Of a stretch of 64,000 nt of DNA, positions 61,663 to 64,000 are shown piece by piece. The notes beneath the pieces are model-generated. The model was not told the origin of the DNA. It did not search any database and saw nothing but the letters and a program-made list of their open reading frames with translations. Made by a program: the position numbers and the translations under genes. Location: positions 13,144,001 through 13,208,000 of the forward strand of contig JBHGNT010000002.1 in NCBI GenBank assembly GCA_043228905.1. Reading direction: 5' to 3'. Source of the stretch: Azolla caroliniana (taxonomy: Eukaryota > Plantae > Polypodiophyta). The number at the start of each line of letters is the position of its first letter. Position 1 is the first letter of the stretch.

Positions 61663-62380
61663 ATGTAAACGTTTAAGATAACCAATTAAATACCACGTCA
61701 ACATCATTGAATATATGAAAAAAAAACTACATATTAAGTATACACATGTATAGAAGGGAGAAGAAAAATTAGATAAAAAATTAAGGAAAATTTACCGAAG
61801 TTCTTTCGCTAATCCTTGTCTGCATGAAGGCGACCGCACAACGATCAATCGCCATCCCACGCGAAGACAAAAAGAAAACCAAAAGAAACGTTAGTACATA
61901 GGCTCCGATACCAAATATTAGAGATTAGGTACTAAAGTAAGCATAAAATAAGGATATATCAATGATAGATCTAGAAAGAATAGAGAGAAAAGAGAGAAAG
62001 AAGGGTGCCGATCCACCCGACCACCCCCGAGCGAAGGGATCGAGACGGACTCGAGCCTCGATCGGCGTCCCATACCACCGCCTTGGCGTCGAGTCGTACC
62101 TGGACGATAGCGCGCTTGCTACAAGAGTCGTTCCACTCACGGACAGAGTCTCGACGTAGTCAATGCATGATGAAATGAGGGTAGCTAGGCCTCTTATTTA
62201 TAGTAATTCTCAAGGCCCCCAGCCATGTTCACACTTGGCCTCATGGGTTGTCTCAATCCCGAGGATTAAAAGTAATCCTCCCCTTCTTTAGACTCTTTGT
62301 TTAACCCTCACACTTATCCACGTGTATAAAATACTACGACAATTCTCACCACGGGATATTATATGGTCATGCCCGTAACA

Positions 62381-63563
62381 GCCATGGCCGCCTCGGTTGT
62401 TGTGCAAGCATCGACCATTTGTAACGAGTCCGTTTGTGCACTGGCCTGCTCCTTCAGGATGGAGTCGGTGATGGTGCTTTCATCCATCATCGTTATGCGT
62501 GGGGGCGCTGGGAGGGCCTCGATGGTCGTTACTGGAAAGCTCGGGACTTGTTGTTCCAGTCGATTTTGCTCCCAGGCTGCCAGCTTCTGGTTCGCAGCGT
62601 GCCATAGCTCTGTAGCCATCTTAGCTTGTTTTTGGGCTACTTTTATCTTTCGGGCCATGTCTTTGGCTGCCCGCGTAGTGCGATCTAGGTCCCGATATGC
62701 CTCAATAAGGGCCGTGTTCAACTCGGGGACCTCCATGAGGAGAGCGGCCTGTTTTGCCTGCTTCTTCCTCCCGATTTTTTGTAAAGCCCTGTCCTCCTGG
62801 GGCTCAATTTCACCTATTAGCGGGCGTTGAACCATTTTTGTTTCGGCGTGCTCTTCGGCCATCCGAGTGGCTACCGCGACTTGGGCTCTGGCGAGGAAGT
62901 CGACCAGCTCGATGACGTACTGAGGCGGAGGAGCGCACTAAATTCGTAAGCCTCCGCGGGGAGGTCCTTATACCCGAGGACTTCATCCTCCGAGATCTGT
63001 GTTGTCTGCCCATGCTCGATCGTTCCCTGGTTCAGCGATGCCTCTGCAGGGGTGATAGCCAGGTTGCTCTGTTTGACCACTAAGGCTTGCTCCTGATGTG
63101 GCTCCTTCTGTTCTTCCGAGGTCTCACGGTTGAGTCGTCTTCTTTTGCTTGGCTGTGGTTGGGGTTCCGGGGCCGGTAGTGTCGTTTCCTCCGCCTGCTT
63201 CCTTTTTTGGGGTCGTGGTGGTGCAGCCTGCTGCGTGTTGGGGCATGGGCTAGGTCCTGGGGACATTACCGAGGGGCGCGACATTGGCTGTCGAATGGTG
63301 ACGTCATCGGCCATGTTGTCTGCCGCGGCTTCCTCCCCCTCCCATTCTTGGCAGGTCTCGGAAACTACCCTTTTTTGTTGGGGTTGGGCTGATGGTGGAG
63401 CAGATGTGGGTTTCTGGTCGGCGGCAGGAGGTGAAGGCGATGTGGGCTCCTCCCATGCTTCGTGGCTGATGGCCACGAATTTCTCTCTCTGCCTCCGTGG
63501 TGGTGGTGGGGACGTGAGTGCGCGAGGGGAAGGAAGCGAAGAGGGTGGGTATAGCACCATCAA
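62381..63563 (-). pseudogene. N-terminal part of the Tat-like extra ORF (Pro/Ser-rich, then coiled coil), frameshifted
   Basis: ORFs 62871-63563 and 62359-62862. Confidence 0.6.
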
Positions 63564-63574
63564 AAAATGGGGCC

Positions 63575-64000
63575 GTGTCCTCGACTGACGTCCATTGGAA
63601 AGGAAGGCGATGGACTGCCGCGTGTAAGGGTGTCGCGAAATCGGCCAGGTGTCGTATCATTCGGCTGTGCCACCGGATCTGTCCCAAAAAACGACTTAGT
63701 GCCTTAGCGTTCGAGGGTGCGGTGGCCTCCAGGATTTCCTTTACTTTATCCGGGTCCATAGCAATGCCTTCTTGACTAACAATGTGGCCGAGAAGGTTGC
63801 CGCTGGTGACTAAGAATGCACATTTCGCCGGGTTTAAACTCAATCGAGCTTGGCGACATCGGTCCAGGCAGAGTCATAACTAGGTCATGTGTTCCCGTCG
63901 ATGGCCATACACGGTGAAATCGTCGAGAAAAACTTGCATGAACGCCGGGATGTAGTCATGAAAGATTTCAGTGATGATGCGCTGGAACGTTGCCGACGTT
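63575..64000 (-). pseudogene. Gypsy reverse transcriptase C-terminal part
   Basis: FQRIITEIF...MQVFLDDF...LNPAKCAF...LLGHIVS...FLGQIRW. Confidence 0.85.

Larger units (their letters stand above)
41040..62380 (-). mobile_element. Chromovirus (Ty3/gypsy with chromodomain) carrying three nested insertions
   Basis: 465-bp LTRs at 41040-41504 and 61916-62380 (about 3 mismatches); TSD GCCAT at 41035-41039 and 62381-62385; PBS TGGTATCGGAGCC at 61901-61913; PPT AGAGGGGGAG. Confidence 0.95.
39096..64000 (-). mobile_element. Tat-like Ty3/gypsy element (RT, deletion, extra ORF, 3' LTR), host of the chromovirus; 5' part outside the window
   Basis: RT at the right edge is similar to 7668-8778 (GQIRWHSRM...TPLHAAVH). 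The extra ORF is restored across the chromovirus TSD (EAA|MAVEQ). LTR at 39096-39551. Confidence 0.75.

Overview
Eukaryotic, plant-type DNA that is almost entirely retrotransposon. It looks like a large-genome non-flowering plant such as a fern, but that is inference. One host gene is recognisable: a single-exon glutaredoxin-like / Cys-rich protein at 34220-35512. Four young Ty1/copia elements have LTR pairs, PBS, PPT and 5-bp TSDs (2052-7509, 14251-19880, 49989-54925, 55127-60625). A chromovirus (41040-62380) carries three nested insertions and itself sits inside a Tat-like Ty3/gypsy element. There are also two LINE fragments and several old copia/gypsy remnants. The most unusual signals are: (1) the Tat-like element has a tRNA-Arg 3'-end copy (an inverted PBS) exactly where the polypurine tract should precede its 3' LTR; (2) a non-autonomous, tRNA-Trp-primed LTR element has a 4-bp TSD, three LTRs and an antisense tRNA-like A-box/B-box Pol III module in its LTRs, also present in a related family; (3) three unrelated elements have TG...TA termini; (4) two related copia copies show the same 84-bp repeat deficit in the 5' LTR. 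All alignments were done by eye, tRNA identities are from recalled plant tRNA 3' ends, and no database searches were run.
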